Below, in pieces: positions 50,827 to 61,357 of a DNA stretch of 64,000 nucleotides. Below the pieces are notes generated by a model. That model was not told the origin of the DNA and searched no databases. It saw only the letters and a list, made by a program, of their open reading frames with translations. Position 1 is the first letter of the stretch. Every line of letters starts with the position of its first letter. Source of the stretch: Patescibacteria group bacterium (GTDB lineage: Bacteria > Patescibacteriota > Minisyncoccia > Phycocordibacterales > JBHPGB01). The translations under genes were made by a program, and so were the position numbers. The DNA lies in NCBI GenBank assembly GCA_042571085.1, contig JBHPGB010000002.1:6796-70795 (forward strand). The letters are read 5' to 3'.

Positions 50827-50899
50827 CCGCCTGTAGCTCAGTTGGTAGAGCATCCGACTCTTAATCGGCAGGTCGAAGGTTCAAATCCTTCCGGGCGGA
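50827..50899 (+). tRNA. tRNA-Lys(CTT)
   Basis: CCGCCTG/CGGGCGG acceptor, TAGCTCAGTTGGTAGAGC, anticodon loop CTCTTAA, GGTTCAAATCC. Confidence 0.93.
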
Positions 50900-51163
50900 C
50901 ACGCAGCGTTAGCGTAGTGCACAACCGGAAGCACAGCAATTTTGAAAAAATTGCGTCATGCGGATTTGAAAAGCTTTTGAGATAGATTGGAGTGCGGAGC
51001 ACGAACAATATATCCAAAAGGTTGAAGTGTGATTTTTATGAACACTGAAAGACCATTTGAGTTAATTTCGAATCTGAAAGATGAAGAAAATAACCAAATG
51101 GTATACTGCTCATGTAATGAGGGCAGAATCTGTAAGATTCAAATCCTTCCGGGCGGACACGCA
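50900..51163 (+). repeat. tRNA-associated element downstream of tRNA-Lys
   Basis: Split inverted 3' copy (CCGGAAG...GGATTTGAA), core shared with 35920-36006, direct copy TTCAAATCCTTCCGGGCGGACACGCA at 51138-51163. Confidence 0.8.
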
Positions 51164-51185
51164 ATTTAGCGTAAAATTAAATAAT

Positions 51186-51267
51186 GCGGGTGTGGTGGAA
51201 TTGGTATACACGCTAGTCTTAGGAACTAGTGCCTCACGGCTTAAGAGTTCGAGTCTCTTCACCCGCA
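51186..51267 (+). tRNA. tRNA-Leu(TAG)
   Basis: GCGGGTG/CACCCGC acceptor, CTAGT-CTTAGGA-ACTAG, variable arm. Confidence 0.95.
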
Positions 51268-51475
51268 CAAAACAAAAAAGTGTGATGCGTCAGCATTACA
51301 CTTTTATTGTTTTGTAGTGTGGTGGAGAAACTCGAAAAAAGCTTCCGGTATACAAGAAGCGACTGGAAGGAGCTTCTTGTCGGAAGCGACGGGGTCGCGT
51401 AGCTTAGATATTTTGGAGTGCGAAGCATGAACAAAATATCAAGCGAAGGCGACCGAGTCTCTTCACCCGCACAAA
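51268..51475 (+). repeat. tRNA-associated element downstream of tRNA-Leu(TAG)
   Basis: Hairpin, inverted copy GTGTGGTGGAGAAACTCGAA, hairpin core with GGAGTGCGAAGCATGAAC loop, direct copy CGAGTCTCTTCACCCGCACAAA at 51454-51475. Confidence 0.8.
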
Positions 51476-51638
51476 TAAAAGACGAAAATGCTATGCATTT
51501 TCGTCTTTTTGCTTGTATTTAAAAAGTGATACTACCTTGACTTTTAACCTATTTTATGCTTAAATATAGCCAGAACAGTTCGGGGCTTTAGGGATTAATT
51601 CCCTCCCCTTTTGACAATTTTTTGACTGGAGAATAATC

Positions 51639-52787
51639 ATGAGTAAATTCGACTTATATTCCTATGGAATAGTTGGACTAATCATATTGCTGATTGTGTC
51701 ACTAATTATCTTTAGTAAACGCAAAAAAGCTAGAAAACCTGTTGATATTGAGATCATTGCTGAAGATGCTCTTGCGCAACGATGCGTATGGTCACGTAAC
51801 ATACATTTTGTATTTATAACAGCACTTGCTGCGTACACACCTTTCTTTGTGTCAGATTTACTATACGTCAAACTTGTACCACATCTCGGTGCGTGGTTTA
51901 GTGAATTTGAAACACCTAGAGCTACAATAATGGCTCTTTGTGTATACATAGTATGGGGCATGTATGGATACTTTCTACCGCGTAGGCTGTTGACCTTCGT
52001 GCCAAAAGTCAAGGGTTTTGTTTCGCAAGACATCTTCAAAAAAAGAGATGTAATGGTTCCTTATGGGCCAGGTCTTCATGCGTCATTCTTTTGGGAAGCT
52101 CGAGACAAAGACAGTAACGTGCCACTGGAGACATTTTCATGGTCAGATACAGTCACCATACCTACGAGCACCTCTGCTGTGGAGTTTGAATACACAGTAG
52201 TATGTCGTGCATACATGCCAAAACTGCCAGAGTTTCATGCTACAGATGAAACTGTATTGAGAGAAAAGTTTTTGCAAATATATGAAACCTTTCTTTCAGT
52301 CTGGGTAAATAAAAATATAGACGATGAGGTGAATGGTTCCATAGAAAAAGATGTTGCCTATATCGTAAAGAACGGTGTGCATGATGTAAATGAAGCATTG
52401 AAAAAAGTTTTCACCTTTAAACCTGGAGAAAGATACGTGCCAGAACAGGACGAGGAGAAACTTTTCGCATACCAGCACGGGACTCTCATCATAAGTACTG
52501 GCGTAAACAAAGTTAAATTGCCAGATGAAGTACAAAAAACTCGTGATGCACTTGCTGAATCCGAAACCATATTTGCAGGAACCGCAAGTATCCTCGGATT
52601 AAAATCAAATGAACTACGACAACGTCTTGACGGTGAAACAGTGTCGCATGAGCAATATGAGGCCGCACGAGCTGTATATCTGTCAACAAGTGGCAATGCA
52701 AAACTAGACTTTATAAACGTCACAGGAACGGCAGCCGATGCAGTAAATGCGCTAATTGGCAAACATCTGAAAGGAGGTGTTCAATGA
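51639..52787 (+). CDS. membrane protein with SPFH/band-7-like domain
   Basis: Three TM helices, GPGLH..FFWE, V.LPDEVQK; GGAG RBS. Confidence 0.55.
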   Translation: MSKFDLYSYGIVGLIILLIVSLIIFSKRKKARKPVDIEIIAEDALAQRCVWSRNIHFVFITALAAYTPFFVSDLLYVKLVPHLGAWFSEFETPRATIMALCVYIVWGMYGYFLPRRLLTFVPKVKGFVSQDIFKKRDVMVPYGPGLHASFFWEARDKDSNVPLETFSWSDTVTIPTSTSAVEFEYTVVCRAYMPKLPEFHATDETVLREKFLQIYETFLSVWVNKNIDDEVNGSIEKDVAYIVKNGVHDVNEALKKVFTFKPGERYVPEQDEEKLFAYQHGTLIISTGVNKVKLPDEVQKTRDALAESETIFAGTASILGLKSNELRQRLDGETVSHEQYEAARAVYLSTSGNAKLDFINVTGTAADAVNALIGKHLKGGVQ

Positions 52788-53239
52788 GTGCTCATGCCAA
52801 TGCGATTACTGAGGCCAAAAAGGACGGTACAGAGCGTTATGAAGTTTTCCGTACCACAACCTGGAAAATTGCTCGCCGTGTTACAAAAGCTGTTGTTTTG
52901 ATTATTATTCTTGGAACAGCGGTATTGAGTGACACACAAAAATGGCTTGCAATGCCTGATTCAGACCCGGGTGTAAATCCGGAAAAAACAGTAATGACCT
53001 CAAAAACTACGGCAAAACAACCAACCATTACACTTTCAAAAGGAGGTGTGTATGGACCATACCACGCAAGAAGGTTGTCGGAATGGAAAGTTATAAAAGG
53101 ATGTGTGCTTGTGCAACTATCCGATAGAAAGGATTATAACAAATGCGCTGGTGCGCCTGATGTACGTATTGACGTTAGTCGCCACACAACAGTGAGCTTT
53201 TTAGTACTCAGCAATACTGCTGAACTGCTGATTCGCTAA
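52784..53239 (+). CDS. membrane-anchored hypothetical protein
   Basis: ATGA-coupled to the previous gene; AAGGAGGT RBS; one TM helix. Confidence 0.65.
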   Translation: MSAHANAITEAKKDGTERYEVFRTTTWKIARRVTKAVVLIIILGTAVLSDTQKWLAMPDSDPGVNPEKTVMTSKTTAKQPTITLSKGGVYGPYHARRLSEWKVIKGCVLVQLSDRKDYNKCAGAPDVRIDVSRHTTVSFLVLSNTAELLIR

Positions 53240-53349
53240 GTTGAGCAATATTTGAGTGAGGGTTACCAACCTAGTTGGTGACCCTCTTTTTTTATTTTAT
53301 ACAAAAAACACCAGCACTATGCTGGTGTTTTTTGTAAACATTTATTTAT

Positions 53350-53649
53350 CTAAACAGGGTTTGTGAATCCAAAAGTATTGGCTAAGAATGTAACTATGCC
53401 CATAACGGAAATCATAATAAACATACCAAAGAGCCCCCACATGATATGCTTCTTGCCTTGCTCACGCGCATTTTCATCATTTGCTTGAAACAAGAAGCGT
53501 GCGATTCCCCAAAGGAATAATACAAGGGCAAGTGCAAACAAAAATCCAATAAGAGGATTTATTATGTTGTCTACAACCCTATCAATAAGTGGCTCAAGCC
53601 CAGACTCTACTACCGCAGCATGCACTGTTTGTACATTTAGAACATTCAT
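53350..53649 (-). CDS. TrbC/VirB2-like pilin
   Basis: Two hydrophobic helices with A...E..REQGK.HI.WG loop. Confidence 0.75.
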   Translation of the reverse strand: MNVLNVQTVHAAVVESGLEPLIDRVVDNIINPLIGFLFALALVLFLWGIARFLFQANDENAREQGKKHIMWGLFGMFIMISVMGIVTFLANTFGFTNPV

Positions 53650-53653
53650 AGAT

Positions 53654-53977
53654 TTATATTCTTGGTAATGTGATTGTACCACCTGTCTGTACACCAAATG
53701 TATTAGCTACAACTTCAACAAGACCCCACACCGCAACCATCACGAAGAGTGCCAAGATACCATAGATCATGATGCTCTTTCCTTTTTCTTTATCTTCATC
53801 AGCCTTGAAGATGTACTGTGCCAATCCATAGAAAAATCCAATAAGAGCAACAGTCATCACAATTGGAATAATTAAATCCAATATTTGTTTAAACTTGTTT
53901 AAAACAGATATAGCATCTGCTGCCAATGCAACACTAGGAAGTGCTACTGCACCAGCAATAATAAGAAATCTTTTCAT
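53654..53977 (-). CDS. TrbC/VirB2-like pilin
   Basis: Signal peptide ending ALA/A; YIF.ADEDKEKGK..MIYG. Confidence 0.75.
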   Translation of the reverse strand: MKRFLIIAGAVALPSVALAADAISVLNKFKQILDLIIPIVMTVALIGFFYGLAQYIFKADEDKEKGKSIMIYGILALFVMVAVWGLVEVVANTFGVQTGGTITLPRI

Positions 53978-54117
53978 ACAAATAAAATTAATTGATTAAA
54001 TTGATTAAAAAAATTAAAAGCGACCTTGTAATTTATACTTATATAATAGCCAATATACTCACAAATAACAAATCAAATGTGGAAAATTAATTTTCAACCT
54101 ACAAAATAAAGGTGTTA

Positions 54118-54459
54118 TTAAAAACCGAAAAATGTTCTCCGTACAGCAATCGCAATTCCCCACACTGCAATAAGAGCAAATAAGGCAAAAATACCAAATA
54201 CCATAGCTTTGCGCCCTTCCTCGCGAGCATTTGCATCGTCTGCCTTCAATACCATCTTCGCAATTCCCCAAAAAAATCCTGCCAAAGCGGCTGTTATTAG
54301 AATAGGGATCGCAATATCAAAAATACGTGTGAAAATACCTAGAAAATCTGCAAAATTTGTAGGAGCCGCAGCAAAAGAAATGGTTGGGCTAAGTAATAAT
54401 ACCACGTATAAAATTGCCGTAGATAAGATATTTATTCTTCTGTTTTTTAAATTTAACAT
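54118..54459 (-). CDS. TrbC/VirB2-like pilin
   Basis: SFA/A signal; FWGIA...ADD...REEGRK.MVFG. Confidence 0.75.
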   Translation of the reverse strand: MLNLKNRRINILSTAILYVVLLLSPTISFAAAPTNFADFLGIFTRIFDIAIPILITAALAGFFWGIAKMVLKADDANAREEGRKAMVFGIFALFALIAVWGIAIAVRRTFFGF

Positions 54460-54547
54460 TTTTAAATTTCACGACTCGGCTTCGCCTCGCTGCACTGCGT
54501 TTTGTATTCAATCACTGCGTTCTTGAACAAAACGGGAGCATAATAAT

Positions 54548-54904
54548 TTACCTTAATGTGCTTATTGTTCCGCCTATCGCCTCTGCAAGAACCCATGCGC
54601 CAAGTATAATCGCTCCGCCAATGATAGACCACGTAAGTGCTGTTTTTGCTTCTCCAAGCTTTGTTTCATTACCTTGTGCCTTAATATACAAAAATCCAGA
54701 ATACACTATTGCAAGCACAACAACAGGAAAACCGATGTCAGCTACAACCTTAAGTACTTTCTGCAAAAATATATATATAGTATCAGTGCCCCTAAGAGGG
54801 TTTTCCAAATCCTGACTTATTACTGGCGTGTCTGCAAAAACAGTGTTTACGGAAGCAAAAAAAGCAACGAGTGATGTGTAATAAATTTTATTAAATAATT
54901 TCAT
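54548..54904 (-). CDS. TrbC/VirB2-like pilin
   Basis: VFA signal; LENPL; YSGF.YI.AQGN..KL..AK.AL.W.IIG. Confidence 0.78.
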   Translation of the reverse strand: MKLFNKIYYTSLVAFFASVNTVFADTPVISQDLENPLRGTDTIYIFLQKVLKVVADIGFPVVVLAIVYSGFLYIKAQGNETKLGEAKTALTWSIIGGAIILGAWVLAEAIGGTISTLR

Positions 54905-54928
54905 AAGATTTTTATTAAAAGTATTAAA

Positions 54929-55333
54929 TTATCTCCCAAGTCTAATTGCCCAATCTTCTGCACCAAGACCTACAAGAATTGCTTTCACAATAAGCCACGC
55001 TGCAAGTATTATTACCAAGCCAATAAAAACAGATGTGAAAATTCCGTGTGCTTTTTTTATCTGTCCTGTATCCCCAGCTGCTGTAATATACATCCACCCA
55101 GCATACGCAAATGCAACCGCAGCAACAAATGGTGACGCCATTATTATAAATTCAATAATATTTTGAGCGAGTTGTACAAGCATATTAAAATCACAGTCTG
55201 GTTGTCCACTACCACCACATGGAACAAGTTTCTTCTCAGCGGCAAAAACAATAATCGGCATAAATAGCACCATACTCAATACTGTTGCATACAAAACCTT
55301 TATTATTTTGTTTTCATGTTTTAATGTTTTCAT
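54929..55333 (-). CDS. TrbC/VirB2-like pilin
   Basis: LVPCG....CDF; YAGW.YITAAGD...IKKA. Confidence 0.78.
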   Translation of the reverse strand: MKTLKHENKIIKVLYATVLSMVLFMPIIVFAAEKKLVPCGGSGQPDCDFNMLVQLAQNIIEFIIMASPFVAAVAFAYAGWMYITAAGDTGQIKKAHGIFTSVFIGLVIILAAWLIVKAILVGLGAEDWAIRLGR

Positions 55334-55336
55334 AAT

Positions 55337-56644
55337 CTATTTAATCCTCTCCATTTGTGCATCGGCACTCATCACAGCTTCACTAGTTCGGAATCTCCCA
55401 GAAGTAACACTCTCAACCATGTCTTTAAATATAGTATATGTTTCTTTTGGATTTGGATCAAACCATCCGCGACTCAATAAAGCACTTTCATAAAAAACGG
55501 CCTTATACGCATCGCTTTGTTTTTGTGACAGCAAATCTCTGCGTATCGGTGGCACATTAATTGCTTCAGACAACTTGCCTGAAAAATCTATGCCAGACAA
55601 TATAAGAGCAACCTGAAGTGCCGTCATAGGATTGTCAGAATTTTTTGCAATTGCAACAGCACTAACGCGTCCATAAGTAAGCCTGTTTTTAACATCTTTT
55701 ATTTGTGGCACCACAGCAACGTCAAAATTTAAGTGTGGATTTTTTGTTCTTATGTCACTCAATTCACTAGCATAACCAAAGTAAATTGCTAACTCTTCAG
55801 ATATAAATGCATTTTTTGAATTCGCAATAGATCTATTCCATGAATACAGAGGGTTTGCTGTGTTTGAAAAGTCTGTATAAAAGCGAAGTACTGATTCTAC
55901 TGGTTGACTAGAAAAACCTTCGATAACTTCAGTAAGTACCGGCTCTATGACACCCTGCATATTGAATTCTGTAATATTGTTTCCTGTCTGAAGTATAAGC
56001 ATTGAAATAATATCTTTGGCGTGCAAAACATTTGAAAATTCTCCGAATGAAACCGCTGATTGTATGATGTGTTTTGATTCACCTACCTGTGTTAATTGTG
56101 GAGTAATTGATTTCAATTCAGCCCAAAACTTAGGTGGAGTTGCAATATTAGCTGATGAAAACATATCTCTGTTCCAATACATCACAAGAGGATTAACATA
56201 AAGAGGTAATGCGAGTATGCTATTTTCAGTGAGATATAATTCACCTTCTTCAGCAAATGTGCTCTTAAAATCTCTTTCAGAAATAAGCTCAAAAGAAATT
56301 GGTGACACCTTATCTTCATGACGCAATATTAAATCATGCGAAAGAAAGAACAGGTCTGGACCAACACCAGCAGCAAGTGCCTCAACTAAATCAGATTCAA
56401 ATGTGTTAGTATTTTTTTCCTCATATAAAAATGAAAATTCACCGCTGTGATCACTATTTAATTCACCCACGAGTGGATTCATGGTTTCCTCCGGTATAAT
56501 TCCCCACATTAAAACCTCTCCACCAACGCCAGTTGGAGCTTTTTGAAAACCTGGCAACACACCAGCAAAAATAAGTACTGCAATTACAATAAATCCTCCG
56601 AAAACGATTCTTAGTATTAGTTGGAAATTAGATGTTTTGGCCAT
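55337..56644 (-). CDS. membrane-anchored extracellular solute-binding protein (family 1)
   Basis: V.MWG, ALAAG.GPDL, ALPL.VNPL.MYWN.DMF, PP..W.EL. Confidence 0.85.
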   Translation of the reverse strand: MAKTSNFQLILRIVFGGFIVIAVLIFAGVLPGFQKAPTGVGGEVLMWGIIPEETMNPLVGELNSDHSGEFSFLYEEKNTNTFESDLVEALAAGVGPDLFFLSHDLILRHEDKVSPISFELISERDFKSTFAEEGELYLTENSILALPLYVNPLVMYWNRDMFSSANIATPPKFWAELKSITPQLTQVGESKHIIQSAVSFGEFSNVLHAKDIISMLILQTGNNITEFNMQGVIEPVLTEVIEGFSSQPVESVLRFYTDFSNTANPLYSWNRSIANSKNAFISEELAIYFGYASELSDIRTKNPHLNFDVAVVPQIKDVKNRLTYGRVSAVAIAKNSDNPMTALQVALILSGIDFSGKLSEAINVPPIRRDLLSQKQSDAYKAVFYESALLSRGWFDPNPKETYTIFKDMVESVTSGRFRTSEAVMSADAQMERIK

Positions 56645-56659
56645 AATCTTTGATAGAAA

Positions 56660-57187
56660 TTATACTTTTGTAAATACGAACCCGTAATGATGCTCTCCTG
56701 CATCAAATTCTTCTTCTAATGCAAATCCGGCACCTCCAAATAAATGCTTCGCTTTAGCTTTTTGAACGACATGTTCTGGCTGTGGCCCAAGTCCAGAAAA
56801 AGATTCTGACCATTCAACCACTAAAATCTTTCCTCCTGATTTTAATATTCTATTTGTTTCTGCAAGTAAGCCATCTTTATCTTCTGTTTGAAATAATATG
56901 TTTGAAATAATTACCGCATCAACAACATTATCAGCAATCTTGCTGCCGCCTTTTTCTTCAACATCTCCCCAAAGCACTTCCACGTTTTCAAGTTTGGCAC
57001 CAAGTGCACCGTTTCTTATTTTAGACACGAGGTCTTTCTGTACTTCCACTGCATATACCTTTCCAGACTTACCAATTTTTCTGGCAGCAGCAAATGAGTA
57101 CGCACCAATACCAGCACCAAGGTCTGCAACCTGATACCCTTCTCTAAGATGTAAATGATTTATATTTTGTTCTGGATCAGTAAACAT
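56660..57187 (-). CDS. class I SAM-dependent methyltransferase
   Basis: VADLGAGIG, VYAVE, RILKSGG.ILVVEW. Confidence 0.9.
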   Translation of the reverse strand: MFTDPEQNINHLHLREGYQVADLGAGIGAYSFAAARKIGKSGKVYAVEVQKDLVSKIRNGALGAKLENVEVLWGDVEEKGGSKIADNVVDAVIISNILFQTEDKDGLLAETNRILKSGGKILVVEWSESFSGLGPQPEHVVQKAKAKHLFGGAGFALEEEFDAGEHHYGFVFTKV

Positions 57188-57282
57188 AGATTATTGGATA
57201 CATTATATCATCCAGTGATTTTTTTACATCTTTTATCGTTGAAAACTTTTTCAAAAATATGAAATGTTTATTGCAAAAAATC

Positions 57283-59757
57283 TTACAAGCAAACTAGTGA
57301 CGCGATACTGTCTCCTGCACGCAATTTCATGAGTCGCACACCTTGTGTTTGTCTACCAAGTGCAGGGATATCTTTCATGTCCATGCGGATCACTTGTCCT
57401 TTCTTTGAGATAGCAATTATTTCTGCATCTTCACTTGAAACAACATTAGCGGCGATAAGATCTCCAGTCTTTGAAGTAACTTTTGCTGTTTTAATACCCG
57501 AGCCACCGCGATTTTGTACTTTATATTCTTTAATGTGTGTTTTCTTTCCATATCCACCAGAACCAATAACCATCAAATCAAGGTCTCCTTTACCTCCTTT
57601 CACAACACCAGCACCAACAAGCTCATCAGCCTTGCCAAGCTTAATAGCACGCACACCACCAGCAACACGCCCCATAACCCTAATATCAGATTCATCAAAT
57701 CGAATTGATTGACCTTTTGAAGAAACTAGTGAGATTTCATCTTTCTTTTCAACAAAGAGCGCGGACAGCAATTCGTCACCCTTAGAAAGCTTGATAGCAA
57801 TAAGACCACTTCTGCGCACGTCTTTGAAACTTTCTGTACTTACCTTCTTTGCAGTACCGTGCTTTGTAACCATAAATAGATTTGAATCTTTAGACTCTTT
57901 TATTTCTTTTGTCATTGGCAATACAGAAGTAACCTTCTCATCTCCTTCAAGAGCCAAGAAGTTTACTATCGACTTGCCTTTTGTTGCACGCTTCCCTTCT
58001 GGTATTTCATACATTTTCATTTGATATACTTTTCCTTTATCAGTAAAAAACAAAAGATCGCTGTGTGTGCTTGTTGTCAAAAAGATAGTCACAAAATCTT
58101 CATCTTTTGTGTTCATATCAATAACACCCACACCGCCGCGCTTTTGCTTCTTGTATTCATCTGGATCTGTGCGCTTTATATAACCACCCTTTGTGAGTAC
58201 AAGAACTGATTCTTTTTCTTCAACCATATCTTCAGGAGAAATTGTTGTCGCTGTCCCTTTCACAATTTTAGTTCTACGATCATCACCGAATTTTTCTTTT
58301 ACTGCCTTTAGCTCATCTTTAATGATCTTTAAAATCTTTTTAGGATCAGCTAGAATCGCTTTCAATTCTTTAATCAAATCTTTCTTTTCTTTAAGCTCCT
58401 CTTCAATATTTTTTCGCTCAAGACCAGCGAGCTTTTGCAGCTTCATTTCCAAAATCGCTGATGCTTGTATATCAGAAAACTTGAATTCTTTTACCAAATT
58501 AGCATGTGCTGTTGGAGTATCTTTTGATTTCTTAATCGTCTTAATGATTTTATCAATGTGATCAAGTGCTTTTTTCAAACCTTCCAGAATATGTGCTCGG
58601 TCTTCTGCTTTTTTAAGCTCAAATTTTGTGCGACGGGTCACAACCTCTACACGGTGCGCAACAAATTCCTGAAGTATGCCCTTCAGTGACATAATTTGCG
58701 GTACTCCATCCACAAGCGCAACCATGTTGAAATTAAAGCGACTCTCAAGCTCTGTGTGTTTATATAGATAATTAAGCACCTTTTGTGGCTGTGCACCAGA
58801 TTTCAAATCAATCGCGATACGAATATCTTTTGCTGATTCATCTCGCAAACCTTTAATGCCGTCTATCTTTTTCTCGCGCGTAAGATCAGCAATTTTCATA
58901 ATCAAATCTGCTTTATTCACACGGAATGGAATAGTCGTAATTATAATTTGGAAAGATCCTGCTTTACCTTCTATAATTTCAGCTTCACCTCGACAAGTCA
59001 CCCCACCGCGACCTGTTGCGTAGGCATGATGCAAATCTTTTTTACCAAATACAATTCCACCAATTGGAAAATCAGGACCTTTCACAAATTCAAGAAGGTC
59101 TTCTGTTGTTGCTTTTTTATTTTCTGCTAGATGAATCGTTGCGTCTACAAGCTCCCCAAGATTGTGTGGTGGGATGTTTGTTGCCATACCAACAGCAATA
59201 CCAAGCGTTCCATTTAAAAGAAGTTGCGGAACAGCAGCTGGCAGGAATGCTGGCTCTTGCTTGGTCCCATCAAAGTTTGGATTCCAATTCACTGTATCTT
59301 TTTCAATATCACGAAGCATCTCATCAGCAAGCTTACTCATCTTTGCTTCTGTATACCTGTACGCAGCAGCTTTATCTCCGTCAATTGATCCGAAGTTTCC
59401 TTGTCCTGCTACCATAGGGTATCGTGCAGCGAAATCTTGTGCCATCTTTACCATTGCTTCATATACGGACGCATCTCCATGTGGGTGGTAAGAACCAAGA
59501 ACATCTCCAACCACTGTCGCAGATTTTTTAAACTTCGCGGAATAAGAAAGCCCATTCTTATGCATTGCGAAAAGAATACGGCGGTGCACTGGCTTCAAAC
59601 CATCTCGCACGTCTGGCAGAGCACGTTCAACGATCACACTCATCGCATAATCCAAAAAAGAACTCTTCATTTCAGAGCTTATGTTGATCGGTACTATATT
59701 GTCTTTTGTTTGAATTTCTTTTGATTCAGAATTTTCCTCTTTTTTCTTTTTCGCCAT
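57283..59757 (-). CDS. gyrA: DNA gyrase subunit A
   Basis: [30 protein letters not shown], GyrA-box QKRGGVG, beta-pinwheel repeats. Confidence 0.98.
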   Translation of the reverse strand: MAKKKKEENSESKEIQTKDNIVPINISSEMKSSFLDYAMSVIVERALPDVRDGLKPVHRRILFAMHKNGLSYSAKFKKSATVVGDVLGSYHPHGDASVYEAMVKMAQDFAARYPMVAGQGNFGSIDGDKAAAYRYTEAKMSKLADEMLRDIEKDTVNWNPNFDGTKQEPAFLPAAVPQLLLNGTLGIAVGMATNIPPHNLGELVDATIHLAENKKATTEDLLEFVKGPDFPIGGIVFGKKDLHHAYATGRGGVTCRGEAEIIEGKAGSFQIIITTIPFRVNKADLIMKIADLTREKKIDGIKGLRDESAKDIRIAIDLKSGAQPQKVLNYLYKHTELESRFNFNMVALVDGVPQIMSLKGILQEFVAHRVEVVTRRTKFELKKAEDRAHILEGLKKALDHIDKIIKTIKKSKDTPTAHANLVKEFKFSDIQASAILEMKLQKLAGLERKNIEEELKEKKDLIKELKAILADPKKILKIIKDELKAVKEKFGDDRRTKIVKGTATTISPEDMVEEKESVLVLTKGGYIKRTDPDEYKKQKRGGVGVIDMNTKDEDFVTIFLTTSTHSDLLFFTDKGKVYQMKMYEIPEGKRATKGKSIVNFLALEGDEKVTSVLPMTKEIKESKDSNLFMVTKHGTAKKVSTESFKDVRRSGLIAIKLSKGDELLSALFVEKKDEISLVSSKGQSIRFDESDIRVMGRVAGGVRAIKLGKADELVGAGVVKGGKGDLDLMVIGSGGYGKKTHIKEYKVQNRGGSGIKTAKVTSKTGDLIAANVVSSEDAEIIAISKKGQVIRMDMKDIPALGRQTQGVRLMKLRAGDSIASLVCL

Positions 59758-59896
59758 ATATGTTTTTCTTATCTTTTGCTTTTTTATTTACTCAAGTTGC
59801 ACTTATTTTAGCATATTTCTACACAATATTCCACCAAAAATGTGCATATTGTGTGCACAAACACATCCTAAAATATGGCTCAACTACAACATATTA

Positions 59897-60160
59897 TCAG
59901 TTTCCAATATCTGATTTTATTTTATTAATTCCACCAACAAAATCTTGAAATATTACTGATGTGCTATCTTTAAGAACTTTAAATGGAGACGGGGTAGATA
60001 TTGTTTCCTCAGCTTGGATTTCTTTTTCTGGAAGCACATGCCCTCGTATTGTCCAAACCCACAAGGAAACAACAACCAACATGCAAACAAAAAGGGTCGC
60101 ATATAATATTCTCCACCGTACGTATTCTGGCTTGTTTTGAATGTTTTGTAAAAAGTTCAT
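59897..60160 (-). CDS. small single-TM hypothetical protein
   Basis: 87 aa, one TM helix, same orientation as neighbours. Confidence 0.65.
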   Translation of the reverse strand: MNFLQNIQNKPEYVRWRILYATLFVCMLVVVSLWVWTIRGHVLPEKEIQAEETISTPSPFKVLKDSTSVIFQDFVGGINKIKSDIGN

Positions 60161-60194
60161 TTAATTAGAAAAAGTAAAATGTCTCTTCTTATTC

Positions 60195-60818
60195 TTATAG
60201 TGATTTTAGTACTACAATCTCACCTTCTTTACTCTCCACATCTTTCTTTTTTATCGTAAGTTTGTCTACAGCCTTAAGCGATTCTGATCCGGCTTCTTTC
60301 AAAAACTGTTTCAAAGATTTGTCGTCATAATCCATTGGAATAATGATACTTGGTCCAAGTTTGGTAGATAGCTTGTGAGCCTCTTCTGGTGCAAGTACCT
60401 CACCACCCCCTGTTGGTACAAAAAGAATATCAATACCGTCAAGACCTTCTTTAATTTCATTTGAAAGTTCTGGGGTATTCAATACACCAAGAAATGCAAT
60501 ATTTATATTATCAATCAAAATTGAATAGATGGTATTTATTTTATTTTCCTTTTCGTAAGAAGATTCTGCTCCAAAACCTTTTACAAAAATACCACTCCTT
60601 TCATATTCACCTGGTCCTGTGATCGCAAACGGAACCTTGTCTCCGTATTTCATATCCTCAACACCATTGAAATCAACATGATTAAGAGAAGAGACAGCAA
60701 TATCCGCGCCGAATTTCGCGGCTTTAATTTTTGATTTTTTTCCGACAGGATTAATTGCGACCGTTGTATCGCCTTGTTGGATTTTGAAAAATTGTTTTCC
60801 GTAGTAAGTTATTATCAT
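60195..60818 (-). CDS. metallo-beta-lactamase-fold hydrolase-like protein (degenerate metal motif)
   Basis: ITYYG..F, GPGEYE, DILFVP.GG, IIPMDY; the HxHxDH motif appears as LNHVDF. Confidence 0.8.
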   Translation of the reverse strand: MIITYYGKQFFKIQQGDTTVAINPVGKKSKIKAAKFGADIAVSSLNHVDFNGVEDMKYGDKVPFAITGPGEYERSGIFVKGFGAESSYEKENKINTIYSILIDNINIAFLGVLNTPELSNEIKEGLDGIDILFVPTGGGEVLAPEEAHKLSTKLGPSIIIPMDYDDKSLKQFLKEAGSESLKAVDKLTIKKKDVESKEGEIVVLKSL

Positions 60819-61135
60819 GGGCTACAGTATATCGTATTTTGTATTCTGTATCCAGTATTAAAAATGTTTATAAATGGCTTGATAAATTTTTAACTAATGT
60901 TATATTTGAATTAGAAATTAATCAGTAAAAAGAATTGTGGTGTACACTGGTGTATACCATACATACCTCCGGATATTTTATTCGGAGAAGAAAGGAGGTG
61001 ATCCGAGCCTTGGGGAGCAATGCAAAAACATTGACTCCTTGTATCTACGACTTCACCCTTCCCTTCAACCCTGGGTGCACCTCTTTGAGGTGCACCCATA
61101 GCTTTTTATATAAAATAAACAAGTAGGTGTTGGGG

Positions 61136-61163
61136 TTGACAAATCCTGTGGGTATGCTAAGAT
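61136..61163 (+). promoter_or_regulatory. sigma70 promoter of cassette 2
   Basis: TTGACA-16 bp-TAAGAT with extended -10 TG. Confidence 0.6.
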
Positions 61164-61270
61164 ATCCACAGGTTCAGTTAGCGCGAGTAACATTGCTGCT
61201 GACCTAGCGAAGGTTCTGTGGCGACTGCCACAGCCTATATTGCCCTCTAGCCATACAAGGAACCAAGCCT

Positions 61271-61357
61271 ATGATTGTTCTCAATTTCAGTGCCATCGGC
61301 ACTTATCTTGATAATTCTGACACCATCCTGGCCACCGGCATCGTTGCCATCGCCTGA
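61271..61357 (+). CDS. GC-rich small peptide (28 aa), cassette 2
   Basis: MIVLNFSAIGTYLDNSDTILATGIVAIA; AAGGA RBS; resembles 43713-43847. Confidence 0.45.
   Translation: MIVLNFSAIGTYLDNSDTILATGIVAIA

Noticed and set aside
51081-51434. ORFs 51081-51317, 51234-51434, 35869-36063, 36011-36217 and 40263-40469
   Set aside because: They overlap tRNAs or tRNA-associated repeats; spurious.
51268-53239. Integrated prophage or genomic island bounded by tRNA att sites
   Set aside because: The direct repeats enclose only 150-260 bp, and no integrase or phage genes are in the window.
60989-61004. 16S rRNA gene end on the minus strand
   Set aside because: Only about 16 nt match; the adjoining sequence lacks conserved 16S motifs.
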